Shown one piece after another: positions 11,731-25,196 of a DNA stretch of 64,000 bases. The translations under genes and the position numbers were made by a program. The notes beneath the pieces are model-generated. The model was not told the DNA's origin. It searched no databases and was given only the letters and a program-made list of their open reading frames with translations. The first letter of the stretch is position 1; the number at the start of each line of letters is the position of its first letter. Source of the DNA: Podarcis cretensis (lineage: Eukaryota); assembly GCA_951804945.1 (NCBI GenBank), contig OX638153.1, positions 28,334,001 to 28,398,000 of the forward strand, given 5' to 3'.

Positions 11731-13938
11731 AGGTACCTTTTGAAAAGCATAAACGAACGCCGTTTTGCAGGTGGCTGAAAGGGTTCTGCTAAGATGTTAC
11801 AGTGAATACAGCAAATGCTGTATTGACAATCTAAAATATACATTGGTAAAGCTACGATATGTGTCCAGTGTATGACATCGTGAGAGCTTGGCCTTCTGAT
11901 CTTGCCAAAGCAGCCCAAGAAGAAGCCAGACTGCAGCATTTCCAATGATGCTGGTGACATAGGAAGGAATACCAATACTGCTGTTAGTGAACAACTGCTG
12001 GGAAAATGAAATGGCAAATCTCCTATGCAGAGGCCCCTATGCAGAGCCACTGAGGGGCAGGTGCATTAGGCTGCTCCAAAAGGCAAGGGTTGGTTTCGAG
12101 TAAGACCAGAACATGGGGGGGGGGGGTGAAAAGGCCACAGCGTTATTGATTACAGCAAGGTAACAGGGATTTACTTCGCAATGTGGCACAGATCTGTTTT
12201 CCACTTCGGAATTCTGTTTGAAGAAAACCCCTTCAAGCATTCCTGCTGAGGTATGCTGCCCATGAGAGTTAACCAGAGGGAAGGACCAACATGGTGTAGC
12301 TCATGCATCAAGGACCTTGCAGCCAACGAGGTGAGAGCTGTGAGGTCTGGCCCCACTTGAGCCATGACAGGGGGTGATGCATCACCTCAGGGTCCCATGT
12401 GGGGGTCTCCCCATGTTTGAGATCCTGCCCAATGTCATACATACATAAAATGAAATTCTTGGCTTATCTAAGGATATTGATACCTGAGCTTTCAGAAACT
12501 GCAACAATTCTAGCTCACTCAAACAATAATGATATTGATTCTTCCTGAATTTACAATTTACTATTAAATTAATAGTATGACGTAGATAGGGAATGACTAG
12601 GAGGGTGATAGGGCAAAAGCATTTTCGATAGCAAGTTATATTTAGCTGTGATTGGATGTAATACATATTATGTTCTCTACTGCTTATCAAATGACTTCCT
12701 TTTATTCTCGTCACATCCAACATTAATCTATCACCAATGATCTGGGGTTTAGCATCTGAGTATCTGCCAAAAAGTCATCATTACCATGATGCTTACAGCC
12801 GTAGAAGGTCTCTGGTATTTTGTCAGTTATTATTAACAAATACCAGAATGGAAATTGACAATCAGTCTTGATAAGAGACCTGATTGTGCTATTTACATCA
12901 AGGCAATTTTAATGAAATGCCTAATTCATAAACATACACCATTGATTTTCATATTCACATCACTGCAATTAGGAATTGGTATTTAAAGGGCACACTTCAT
13001 ATTCTGCATGTGGTTTTTTTTAATCACACTTCACGTTTGTTTGTTTTTTGGAATTGTATAATTTCCTCCTGTGAGACGAAATAATTTGCCTCCATTTCCA
13101 TTGCTCCATTAAAGGCAACACCTTTTAATGTCCTAAGATAGTTGGGTGAGGATGGGACATTTGGGGACCTGGTTATGGTGCATTGAGAGGAAATGAGCAG
13201 AGTATAGTTTGGTGACACACAAGGCAGTTCTGCTGCTGAAGCTAAGCTGTTGTGCCTGGATGGGAGACTGCCTATGAACTGTATGAATATTGTACTGGAT
13301 CTCCTCAGAGGAAGTGTGGGGAATAAACACTATAGACAGATACAGATATATGCAAGCTGGCTCCCAACAGTCTACTGCAGTCTAGCATGATCATAAAAAG
13401 ACTCCAAGATGGGACTCTGCAAATGAAGATAAGAAGTTATGTAAATTTACAGTGTGATCTCATTTCCTCCTATTTTCTTTCAAAATTAACAGTTTAATCG
13501 AGATAGAGAGTGGCTCAAAGAGCAACAGGGCAAACGCCTGCTTAGAAATCTAGATTTTCAAAAGTTGAGTTCTCTAGGGAACTCCCAGTTTTAATGGCAC
13601 CCCAAAGTGTTCTTTCATTCCCCTCAACTAAGTTAATGGCCTCCTATGGGCAAAAGTACACTTGAAATAACTTTTGCAGCATGGCAGGAAAATCTATCCT
13701 ACACCCCTGACCTGAATAGTTCAGTTTGCACAGTACACAAACCCCATTGGGGTTTCTGGATGTATAGTTGAAGGAATGTGTTTCCAAAACCCAAAAACTG
13801 ACTGTGCAGGCAGTTTTAAACTGCACCAAAATTCCTATTTTTCCATAGCTAAAATCCATTAATTTGATCTCTGAGCTCAATGCATAAACAAAAGCCCGGC
13901 TGTATAGACAAGTGCTCAGAGCCCTCTCCTTTATCAGT

Positions 13939-14443
13939 TGTGACGGCAAATATGGCCTTCACTGTAGCGGTAGTAGAACAGAACAGAGAGAAGACACGTC
14001 TGTGCTTTATCTTATGTCCTGGACACACTCTGACACACAAACCCAGGTCTGGGAACAAACGCCAGAGCGTGTTCCCGGAGATGATTACCTCTCCCCAGAT
14101 AAGAGTAGGAAGAGGAAGATCCTTTTATGGTCAGAAGTACAGGAAGGAAGATCCTTTTATTGTTGAGAGTACCAGAGCAGGAACATATGTGATGTCAACC
14201 TGTGTACGTAGGCCGATGTGGTTGGGCTCCTAGGGGAGGAGTGAGAGGGTGCCTGGAGGATATATAAACTGCATGAAACCTGTCATTTCTTTGGACTTGC
14301 TGTGGACTTGATCACGCAAGTGCCTTCTGCTATCCGGAGAGCAGAAGAAACTCTTTCTTTGAACCAACTCGGTGTCATTTTGACTTCCTTCCTCCTGTCC
14401 CGGAGCAACGCAGACCCAATCGGTGAACTCCAATAAGGCTTCA
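13939..14443 (+). mobile_element. Possible solo LTR
   Basis: About 500 bp of relatively CpG-rich sequence with TG start candidates, an internal direct repeat (ggaagatcctttta twice) and TATATAAA at ~14261. No clean TSD or AATAAA found. Confidence 0.3.
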
Positions 14444-17400
14444 TTGTCACTCTCTCCACACCCACCCACCCATCAGAGTGATGAGCATTTCCCTAAAAAT
14501 AAATTGCCAATTCAGTTCTAAGTACAGTTTTAAATCACCCTAGCTGGAGTCCTTCACCTGCTTACTAGCTTTGTTGTACCTCTTCCTGAGTCTACAATCA
14601 GATGAGTGCATCTGAACTTGATTTGCCCTCCCTTCTCATCTAAAGGAAAATCCAAGCTACATTCATAGGGTCCTGCTCAGGCAAAAGAGCTGTAGCAAAT
14701 CTGAGGGGTAATGAAATTTCCAAAGATGTTGTGCATCTTTGTGTGTGAGTTTATAACCAGTTATTGCTTAAATATTGCATTTGGACAGTTCTGCTCAAGC
14801 AAAGCATTTTAGGGGAAGGTAAAATAATTCTAATATGTGAAAGTTAATTTTGCAGAGGAAGTTCCCACATGTTGTCTAATCTAAACATTAATTGGAATGC
14901 AGAACTCAACCCTGCATTTTTAAAGCAATTTGGCTGTTGGCACAGCTGTTATTTCCATGGAATAATTAGCATTTAGCAGTAAACAAGAAATACATTCTCT
15001 TTTCCTCTAAAGCAGTGTGTGAAATCCTATAGAATGTCATTCTATTTTCTCCTGTTCTTTGCAAATTGTTATATGAAACACTATATAATAGCAAACTCAT
15101 TCTCAGTGTGGGCATCCTTCATTACCTGAAACTTCAACATCCACACACAAGAAGGAAAGCATTGCTTACTGACTGAAACCCAGAGCACTCCACACTGCAA
15201 CATTTTGTTGCAGGCCTCACTTGGAGTACAAAGCTGTGGCCATTGCAATGGCTTGTCTCTTCATCCTTGCTGATGAAGGGCTCTCAGCACCTGGAGGTGA
15301 TTACAGACAGCTGTTGGAGGACCTCAGAAGCTGGCACATGTGAGACTGGCCAGGAAGTATGGAGTGGAGAAAGAGGGAGAAAGAACAGTGAAAAGCAAGT
15401 AGCAAAGTCAGGGGGGAATGAAGCTCAGAGCAAGAAAGAGTTGGTGGCGCAAAGAGAAATAGAAGGGAACTGGGAGCAAGCAGGTAAGATGGAAGTTGAG
15501 CGTTCTTAACTCAAATATGCAATTGTTATTTTGACGAAAGCTTGTCCTAAAGACTGGCCTAAGTACCTGTACAGGAAAGTGGCCAATGCAGACCACATTT
15601 AAAAAGTAATAATCTGGTGCTGGTAATTTAGCAGAAAGCATTATTAAAAGGAAAAATATTAAGCTGGTAGACAAATAAGTCTTGCTGAAAAAGAATCAAC
15701 ATAGCTTCTGCAAAGGTAAAACCTGTCTCACTATCCTTAATGGATTGTTGGTCTATCTTCATATGTTCAGATATTTCTTCACCAGACACTGGCTAATGAA
15801 GACAGCTTTTAAAAAAAGGATTTGACAACTTTGTGGAGGATAGTTTTTGTCAGTGAAACCTCTGGGTTCAAAGAAGGGCCTTACCAAGTTTACCTATGAA
15901 TACCAAATGCTGGAGACAGGTGAGGGGTATTGATGCCATAACATGCTCAGCCATTGTTTGAAACATAATGCTTGTCTACATGGATGGGAACCTTTGGCCC
16001 TCCAGATGCTTCGAGCCACAGCTTGATTTTGACAAGGGTGTATCATGTTGTTACTTTGCTAACCTTTCCCCTCTCTCCTCCTTAACGGGACTGATTAGCC
16101 GATTTGGTGCTTTAGATCTCTGATGAAAGTCTTTCAGAATTTTTTCTGCAAAGCATTTTGTTTTCCTCTGAAAAGAAATTACAGCAGTTGACTTAGAAGG
16201 AGATTAATAATTCAGAGCTTTGAATAGAAAATGAAAATCAAGACAGGCAATAAGTTAGCAGTGTTCATGTTTTGCTGATCATATGAGTTTTTGTATGAAA
16301 CGCTTTCTCATCAACTGACAAAAATGCTAATGCGTTGAAATATCTATATGGTACCATCAGCCTTATTTCACTTAGGGAATGATGTAAGATCAATTCAATT
16401 GCGCCCTTTTGAAGAATATTGAAATTTAGCATTTGTTCTATGTAGGAAATACAAAGGTAACCTTTTTTTATCCTGTCTCTCTACCTGTGTTGTCTCTTCC
16501 ATTTATGCATACATTGAGTTTGTTAACCTTTGGAGCTGTTGAACCATAGACTGAAAATGACTTCATATATGAGGGGAACTCAGCAGAAAATCCTTGCAAA
16601 CTCCTTATTAGGTCTTTGCTTCTGTTCCCAGTATTTCAGGGTTTTGTTTTTTTAATGAATACATAGCAGCTTAAGATGGCTCCCTTACTCTGTGGAGACA
16701 TCCTTGCAGGTAGCATAGATGCCATTGGGCTAGATGGACTCTGAATAAGGAATTTTAATATGTTCTGTTCTGCTTGTGTGAGAAGAATAAGGCTGAATTC
16801 CGGAACATGGTTACTCGAGAGACTAACTTCTGAGTAAACCTCCACTGAATTTTGAGACTAACTTCTGAGTAAACCTGCTTAGAATTGTGCTGTAAGAATG
16901 TTAGCAGAGCTTGGAAGAATAGCTGACTGACGGCCAAACTAGATAAGGTTCCGCTAAGGAGTTGGTGTGCAGGCCCAGATGTTGAGCATCTATCCATGGT
17001 AGAAATACTAGCTGTGTTAAATTACAAGCAAGCCTTGAAAGCTCCACACAAGTTTGATTCTCATCTATAGGCCTAACAGGATGTTAACAATCTGATTTGC
17101 AATCACGGCATATGTGTTGTTGTTTTTTTTAAAAAATTAAATACCAGGTTGACGGGGGGAGATGGTTATCAGGATAGCCGCAACAAGGAGGGAGGTTTTG
17201 AGCAATCCCTCTGCATGGAAATCCCAACCATTATGTGCCAGTTAGCCTGAGGGCGGAAACCACACTGGCACCAAAGGAAGCTTTCCCCCCTTAATAGCTG
17301 TGTGGAGTAGGAATTTTGTGGAGATTGCACTGTAATACTGATCACAGTCCACCTGTACCTGGCATTTGATTATGAACACACCATTGGTGAGAGTCAACAT

Positions 17401-18879
17401 AGTGCATGCAGGCGTTCACTTGTGCAAGGAGGGTTTGCCTTCCTCCCCTCCCACCCAGCCTCCTGTGCAGCCCCAAAATCTGATTTGTATGGTTAGGGGT
17501 TGAGATGGAGGAGAACTCTGATTCAGTTTGTATTGAAAACAATACATAGACCAAAACAACAGCCATCTTTTGAAAGACACTTCTCTGAATTTTGCAGTGC
17601 TGTTCTCCTGCCAAGTAATCTGTAAAAAAACCTCTATATACTAGGGCAAAATGTGCAGAGAGATGCATATATTAGTGAAGATCACAAAACTGCACACAAA
17701 CATGTTTATTAGGAGAAATTGGCACTTCTTTTGAAATGTTAAGATTTTGTTGTCTTGGATTTTTGAAAGTTGTGTTTTTTGCACTTGAATTTTGTTTCTG
17801 TGGGTTATTCTTTGTGAGATGCCTTTTGAGCTTTCTTAGTCTAAAGGCATCATATTAAATAACAGTAAAAATAAAATGTTGATGGATTTTCATGAAGATT
17901 TTTTTTTAAAAAAAGAACAAACTGATGTGAAAATGTGGGAGAACTGAATTTAAGGCTGAGGAAAAATTAAGAAACAGGGAAAAGCCAGAATTAACAGATT
18001 TGCCTATCCCTGGTTGGGTGACCCTCTGGAACAGATATTTGGGGCAACACGGTGGGGCAGGATGGAAGAGAAGTTATAGATATCTAATTGCATGTGCAGA
18101 TTTCTATTCCACATCATTGTATGTCACCCAGTCTGACTGCTAATCATGTTTTTAACTTCATGTGATGTTAGGCATATTACACTTACATTTTTATATTTAA
18201 AGCTTGTTGCATGCTTTCCTTGCTGCTGCTGTTTCCACTGATGGCTGAAAGCCTGTATTATGTTGTATTGCACCCTTTAAGCTCAGTGATGGATGACATG
18301 CCAAACACGTCAAGGGCAATCAAAGTTAGTTATATACCCTCTTGAGTAGTACTGACCTGCTAGGACTGAAGTCCTCGAGCGTCAGCAAAATGTGGCAATA
18401 GTTTGTTGAAAGGAAAAAAACAAAAACCTAGAGCCCTATTCTGAGGAACGAAACCCCCAATGTGCTGAGCAAGCTGTTTATTTCAAGCAGGTATTTCTTC
18501 TATATAAATTGTCACTTCTCCCTCCATTGCTTCAGTGTATGTGTATGTATTTCGATTGTACCAGCTATAGATCCCTTAAGTAGCAAAGAGGCAGGATAGA
18601 CCTCCTCTGAATTTCCATAGGTGTACATATTAAAAGCTGCCTTATACTGAATCAGGCTATCTAGTCTAGTTCTGACTGGCAGTGGCTCTCCAGGCCACTA
18701 ATCCCATTAACTGCAGGGGCTGGTATTGCATTGCTTTACTACCTTCCTTTTTAAGAATGACTTCATGGATACAGATGTTAAGAAAATAATCAGGTGCTGA
18801 GATACACAAAAGGCTATTTGCTTCTATGGTAGCCAGCAACTAGCTTGAGGCAGGGTGAGCAGCACTTGGGAAGGCAAGG

Positions 18880-19230
18880 TAAGGAGTTCCTCTCTCCTCA
18901 CCAAGCTCAAGATTTTCCATGCCAAGCTCAAGATTTTACTATTGACAAATAAAGGCCTTAAAAACTTGGGACCAGTTGACTTGTGAGATCTCCTTAACCC
19001 ACTCCACAACTTTGATCTTGACATTGGGCCTCCACTTTCAGCAGCTACTTAGAAATGTTTTTGTTTAGACAAGCCTACCCAGATTTGTGGAATGTTTACA
19101 TGCATTTCATTCTGTTTTTAGGTGATTTAAATTATTATTTGAATGTTTTAATTAGTTGTTTTCCACTGTTTTTACTAATACATTTATGGTTTAATTCTTT
19201 GGTTAATCCAGTTTGAGGTTTTTTGCATAT
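18880..19230 (+). mobile_element. Degenerate L2-like LINE 3' fragment
   Basis: ggccttaaaaacttgggaccag, ttttgtttagacaagccta and a T-rich UTR typical of squamate L2 ends. Confidence 0.5.
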
Positions 19231-19443
19231 TGGGTTTCCAGATCACAAGGGAGGCTTCTAAGCACATTCAGTCAAACATTCAGAAACACACATGTCAAAG
19301 TCTCCTGCAGAAGCACAATGGTCTGAGAGAAGACTGCATGCCTGAATACATTTGGAACAGGGCCTCCATGCATCTCCTGCCCCTCTACACACTTGTAACC
19401 CTCATGTATTCAGGCAAATGCATGAAGAGGGGGCTCATATGGT

Positions 19444-19452
19444 GCGCGCGCG

Positions 19453-19486
<34 letters not shown>
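19444..19486. repeat. (GC)n(CA)n compound microsatellite
   Basis: Directly visible. Confidence 0.95.
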
Positions 19487-19697
19487 AAACACCATAGCAT
19501 TATGATATCTCATACCCTCCAACTTCTTGAATCCCCAAACAGGGATCTGCATCTTCCTGCCTGTGCACCTGCATGAGTCACATGACCCACGGGAGATCAT
19601 GGAGCCCAAAATGTGCACTTGTGTTTTGGGGTTCTGCATCGTGGCCCTGAAAAAAAAACTTTTTGTTGGGGGGAGCACTTTTTTCAGGGCAAGATCT

Positions 19698-20603
19698 CCC
19701 CCCCCCCCAATTTCTTTTATTGATTTTCCACATTTATCACAAAAATGACATAAAAAAACACACAACAAAGTAAAACACATTACATACAATGAACAAAACA
19801 ATAGAAAAATTGTTTCTTCAAATTCCTAATTCTCATTACATTGATAACTGACTTCCACGAATCCCCTCTAACTGTATTTCATTATATCACCTGTATAACA
19901 GTTCTCCTAATTCATATTTCTAATGATATTAACTCCTTTCATTTACTAACCTCTTATCCTTTATTAATATTCTAATCTTTAATATTTACTACCACACATT
20001 CTTATGCTACCCCTAAGCCTTTTTATTACTTCCAAGAATTTTCTATTTATCTTATATCACAATATTTAGCTAGATATTCTTTAAATTTCTTCCAATCCTC
20101 TTGTGTCTCCTCTTCCTTCTGGTCACGGATTCTTCCAGTCAGGTCAGCCAGCTCCAAAAAGTCCAACATCTTCATCTGCCATTGTTCTATTGTTGGTATT
20201 TCTTGCAATTTCCAGTTTTTGGCTAAAAAAAGTCTTGCCGCTGTAGTGGCATACAAAAACAGTCTAACATCTTTTTTGGGCAATTCCAGTCCTAATATTC
20301 CAAGCAGAAAGGCCTCTAGTTTCTTAACAAATGTATTTTTCAACATTTTTTTCAACTCATTATAAATCTTTTCCCAGAAGTCTTTCACCTTGGGACATGT
20401 CCACCACATATGATAAAAGGTACCTTCTTTTTCGTTACATTTCCAACATTATCATTTGTATGATAGATCTTTGCTAATTTCACCGGGGTTAAGTACCATC
20501 TATACATCATTTTCATAATATTTTCTTTTAATACAGTACATGCAGTAAACTTAACCCCTTTCTTCCACAGCCTTTCCCAATCTTCCAACATTATATTGTG
20601 TCC
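19698..20603 (-). mobile_element. 5'-truncated L1 (ORF2 C-terminus and 3' UTR) inserted in a hAT-like MITE (19511-20710)
   Basis: ORFs 20385-20591 and 20047-20409 are homologous to the C-terminus of the ORF2 at 984-3752. A 17-bp TSD TTTTCAGGGCAAGATCT lies at 19681-19697 and 20604-20620. Confidence 0.93.
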
Positions 20604-23600
20604 TTTTCAGGGCAAGATCTTGGTGTGAATTGTGGCAGCCAAAATGGTCACCATGCCCTCGTGTGAGAAAACAGGATGTCCCAATTTCTCTGGGATACTT
20701 GTAGGGTATGCAATCTTACTTCAGGAAAGTGGCTCCCATGCCACTGGGGAAGCCTACAAATGGGCCCTCTATGGAGTTCCTTTATTGGGGTAGACAACCC
20801 TTCTGTCCCTCACCTTCCCGACATTTCCGCTAACTTTCTCATAGAACTAGCGGTGGGCAAAGTTGTCAATTTTGGCTTCTCTCAGAGGAGTCTTAGGCTG
20901 GATCTAGACACATCTAAGAAGAGTTTCAGTTTAAAGCGGTGTAAATTTAAACAGGGAAAACAGGTAGAGAAAAACAGGACTCCATGTCGCCATCCAGTGG
21001 CACAATGTTATATCGCACATACAATGCATATAAACTGCCTTTTCTTTACCAGTCTAGCTGAGTCTAAGTTCAGTTCTCCATATTTCCACATCAGTCCTAA
21101 TGAGAATTCACCAGCATTTTCCTGCAATTTTATCCCAAATTACACATTTTGCAAACCAGTTTTTCCTAATGTTACTTTGAATGTTACTTTCACTTATGTA
21201 TGCATTTTTATGCACACTGGGCTCCAGTATATGCCTTTTTGAACACATTGCGACACTGTTCCCCATCCAAGTAAAGTTTGTAGAAATTTGAATGCTGGGT
21301 GTGTTTTTAATTCGTATATTATTTAGGAAAGTGAAAATTAGGTAGGTTCATCTTTAACTGTGAACTGAATTGAATTTCTCCCCAGTCCCTAGTTGGAATT
21401 TCAGCTTTGTTCCTCCAGGCTATCCAAGCGCCTTGTCATTTCTGTAATGATCTAAAATGGGGAGACTTTGGTACTTAACTGTGCTTGTAGAAATATACCT
21501 TGACATAAACTAAAACAAGCCCCTGTCATTTAATTTTTAACTCCATTGATTTAATGCCTAATGAGGTGGATTTAATATATTTGGCTACTGGCAACAGTAT
21601 TTAAATGAAGCACATGATTTGTTAAATACTAGCAAATATGCTTCCGGCTTTAATGATAATGTATTTTTTTCACCCCTTCATTGGCAGCCCTAAGTATCAA
21701 GATGCTGTTTCCTCTATAGCTCAGCTTTTGCAAGGTCATGGTGGCAGATGTAACCAAGATATTCCTGGTTTTTATTTTAAAAACTAGAACAAGCCCAATT
21801 AATCTTCTTCTACAATCCCTTTCAGCAGCTGATCTGTGTGGAGAACAAGGGCCAAAGGAGGAAATAATATCTGATCCTATGTGCCCATGATGGCTTCCCA
21901 GACAGTGTGGGATAAGTCTATATGAGTGTTTAGGCATACAAATTGCCACCAGAAATTAATTGCTATCCCTGTCAAGCCAGACCAGCCATTACTTCTTTTA
22001 TACAGCTGTATCCATGGGGGACACTCTGTGTGGACCCCCTGACCTCAAATCTTAGCTACAATTCAAATCATCACTTAAAGAAGGGAGCCTGTACAGGTGA
22101 CCCCACCCCCGCTGAAATGGCACTGCTGCTTTGTTACTTTTAGCATATTACTGGAAATCGCAGGAAGTGTGCACACTTACAAAACTTTCCAGCTAAATAC
22201 TTACAAGATTCCAGGCCCAAACCCTGGGAATAGCAGTTTCCTAAAATTCATAGGTTGCTGCACCTTTCCCCCTCAAATCTCCCACGATCAATATTTCCTA
22301 ATTAAAAACAAAGACAAAAAGGACCCCATTAGCTTTCCTTTTACTGTGCCCCAAGGCAAAAAAACTCCAACAACCCTTAAATAATGTTTCAATTTTTTTA
22401 AGCATTAAAAAAAAACTTAATGAGGGATCTGTCACACCACGACAAAATTCGTCAAGATTCATGTTCCCTTGAGAAACTTTAAGAACAGATACATAACTAA
22501 AAAAGGAGGCCAAAGCAGATTAAGCCTGCTCAGAAGTTGACTACCTTGCATGTATTATTTTGTGGCATTTACTTGTAAGCCTGCTTAGGATTTAATTTTT
22601 TTTAAAATGGGGGTGAGAGCCGATAAGAAAGTTGTTCTCCCTGCTTGATTGACACTAGGAAGAAGTAGCCTGAGGAGAAACGAAGAGCTAATCCTTTCTC
22701 CTCCCCTCTGCTGGAAAAGTGCCAGACATTGAGGCAGCTGATGCAGGCAGTGGGGGAGCCAACACTTAGATAACTGACCCAGGGTCATCAGAAGAACCTC
22801 TGAGGATTCAACTCCATCCCAGCTGTGCCTTTACCTCACAGCATGTGTCCAAAGCCCACCCATAATCACAATCTCATCATGCCCACTGATATGATGGTAG
22901 GTGCATGTCTGACGCAGGCTTGGCATCAGTACCTGGCATTGTGGGGCAAATGTTGGGACCCCTAGGCCCTGGATTGGCCTACTGTCACTGACACCACCCC
23001 TTAATTATTATTATTCAATTGCCTAAGAAGTGTGATGAGATACGCCGGGACAGATGGCTGCAGCTGCTGTCCTCATTATCCCCAATACCTTGAGGCTCTG
23101 CCCTCAATGTTCTCTACATTAGGGCAGAGTCCAGGAGCACTGGGGTTGATGAAGATGACAGCAGCTGGTGCTTATTTTCACTGCTGAGGGAGCACTGCAA
23201 GGCTGGAGCTGCACTGATTCCAGCATTGCCACCTGTCCCTGTTTCTGCCACCTCCACCTGTCGACATTCATCTTCTTCTAAAGCAAGTTTGGAAGGGCAC
23301 AAGGGGGATGTGTGGTGCCCACAGGATGGCACCTGCCGTTATGTCTCCTTAAACCTGGTATCAGGCTTGGTCTGAAGGACCCCTTAAGAAATGGCCCCAA
23401 ATAATCTGTGAAAAGGAAGCGCAGAGCCTTGCCAGCAATTGCTGGAGGGTTTTGTCTGGGAGCACTTACTCAGGTCTGTGTTACTGTTTGGAAGTAATTA
23501 CAGGTTAACTATAAAAGAGGTTTTTGCTGTAGATTTTACCAGCTTCTGCAGGTGAAAAAAATGCAATTTCTTTTCAATGTCTTGATCTCCTACAACCTTC

Positions 23601-24452
23601 TATAGCACAGAAATTCAGCCCCAGGCACTGTTTTTGAGAACAAAGTTTTCTTAATTTTATTTTGTCGTCTCATCGACTGGGGGAAAACATGGTTCTTCGT
23701 AAAACCTTTTCTGGGGAAAATAAAACACTGATACTCTCCTAGATCTGTTATAAGCATGAATGTGCACAACCTCTTTGCTATCCACAGACTCCGCCCTGCC
23801 CCCTCAAAGCAATGCACAGAACCTCTTTGGACAGAACTATTTTTTTTGTTGTTGAGTGTCAATAATTACTACCCCTCCCCCCAAAAAATTAACAAATTGG
23901 CATTGTCCATATAATTTGGATGCTTCAAAAGAAAACATTAGAGATGTGGGTCTCTTCTGACCATCTCCAGTTTGCACAAAGAAAGCCTGATGATCACTGA
24001 CAAAAATGTAATTGCACCTCATAGTTGACTGTTAGTCCTCTCACAATTCCAGCTCTCTCTATCTTTGTTTTTTCAATGAGAAGATTAATTCCTGCAAAAT
24101 ATACAATTATGCACATGCACACTCAAAACTTCATTGATTAATTGCACTTAAAAATCATTATTCATCCAAGGAGCTCTGTTCTAGAGAGAAGCAAGGAACC
24201 AAGTTAGGCTCACAACACCTCTGCAAGGTAGTTTAGGTTTGTGGCTGACCCAAGGTCACACAGTGAGCTTCATATCTGGGGGTGTTGCAGAACGTCAAAA
24301 CTATGATATAACAAATTGAGTAGAATGGGAGGCAAGAGGCAGGGGTGCCAAATTCTGGTCTTGCAAAGGGCACCGCTGAAATTTGAAAGACCAAAGTCTA
24401 CTCCTGGCTTAGCTACAATAATACTTGCTCTGGTAACCTCTCAATTAGTCTA

Positions 24453-24852
24453 TTGCGTGGACAGGCGGAGTCCCCCAGATCCCAAGCACCCCCCGGTCAT
24501 GTGGAATAACGACTCAAGACAACGTGCTATGGGATTAAATTGGCCACAACTTTATTAAATTTCAAATGTGGGTAGACCTTGAGCCAAGTGACGATTCCCA
24601 AGTGAGGATTCCCAGGTAAGATCCTCCCTCTATTGTGTGGGCAGGTAGTCCCTCCCCTACCTGGCCTGGTCTCCTTGGCAACGCTTCCCCCAGATGGGAT
24701 TGGACAGCTGACTGAGGTAGGCGGAGACCTCCAGGTATCCCACTTGAGGGAATGTGAAGCCAAGCCTATGCTGATGGAGCTGCTCCAAATCCAGGGGCTG
24801 CATGCGTCCACCCAAAGGGCACCCCCATTTTTATGCGGGGAGTGGTCATTGT
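24453..24852 (-). mobile_element. Short ORF-less unit related to the Ngaro B repeat
   Basis: Contains GGCCACAACTTTATT and GTGGAATA as in the B repeats at 46.7-48.6 kb. Bounded by TTGC (24453) and TTGT (24849). Confidence 0.55.
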
Positions 24853-24865
24853 AATGTGTTCTACA

Positions 24866-25196
24866 GGGATGCGGGTGGCGCTGTGGGTTAAACCACAGAG
24901 CCTAGGACTTGCCAATCAGAAGACCAGCAGTTCGAATCCCTGTAACGGGGTGAGCTCCCGTTGCTCAGTCCCTGTTCCTGCCAATCTAGCAGTTCAAAAG
25001 CATGTCAAAGTACAAGTAGATAAATGGGTACCGCTCCGACGGGAAGGTAAACGGCGTTTCCGTGCGCTGCTCTGGTTTACCAGAAGTGGGTTAGTCATGC
25101 TGGCCACATGACCCGGAAGCTGTACTCCAGCTCCCTCGGCCAATAAAGCGAGATGAGCGCCACAACCCGAGTCGGTCAGGGGTCCCTTTACTTTTT
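24866..25196 (+). mobile_element. Sauria SINE
   Basis: Typical head and body; TSD TAATGTGTTCTACA at 24852-24865 and 25197-25210. Confidence 0.92.
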
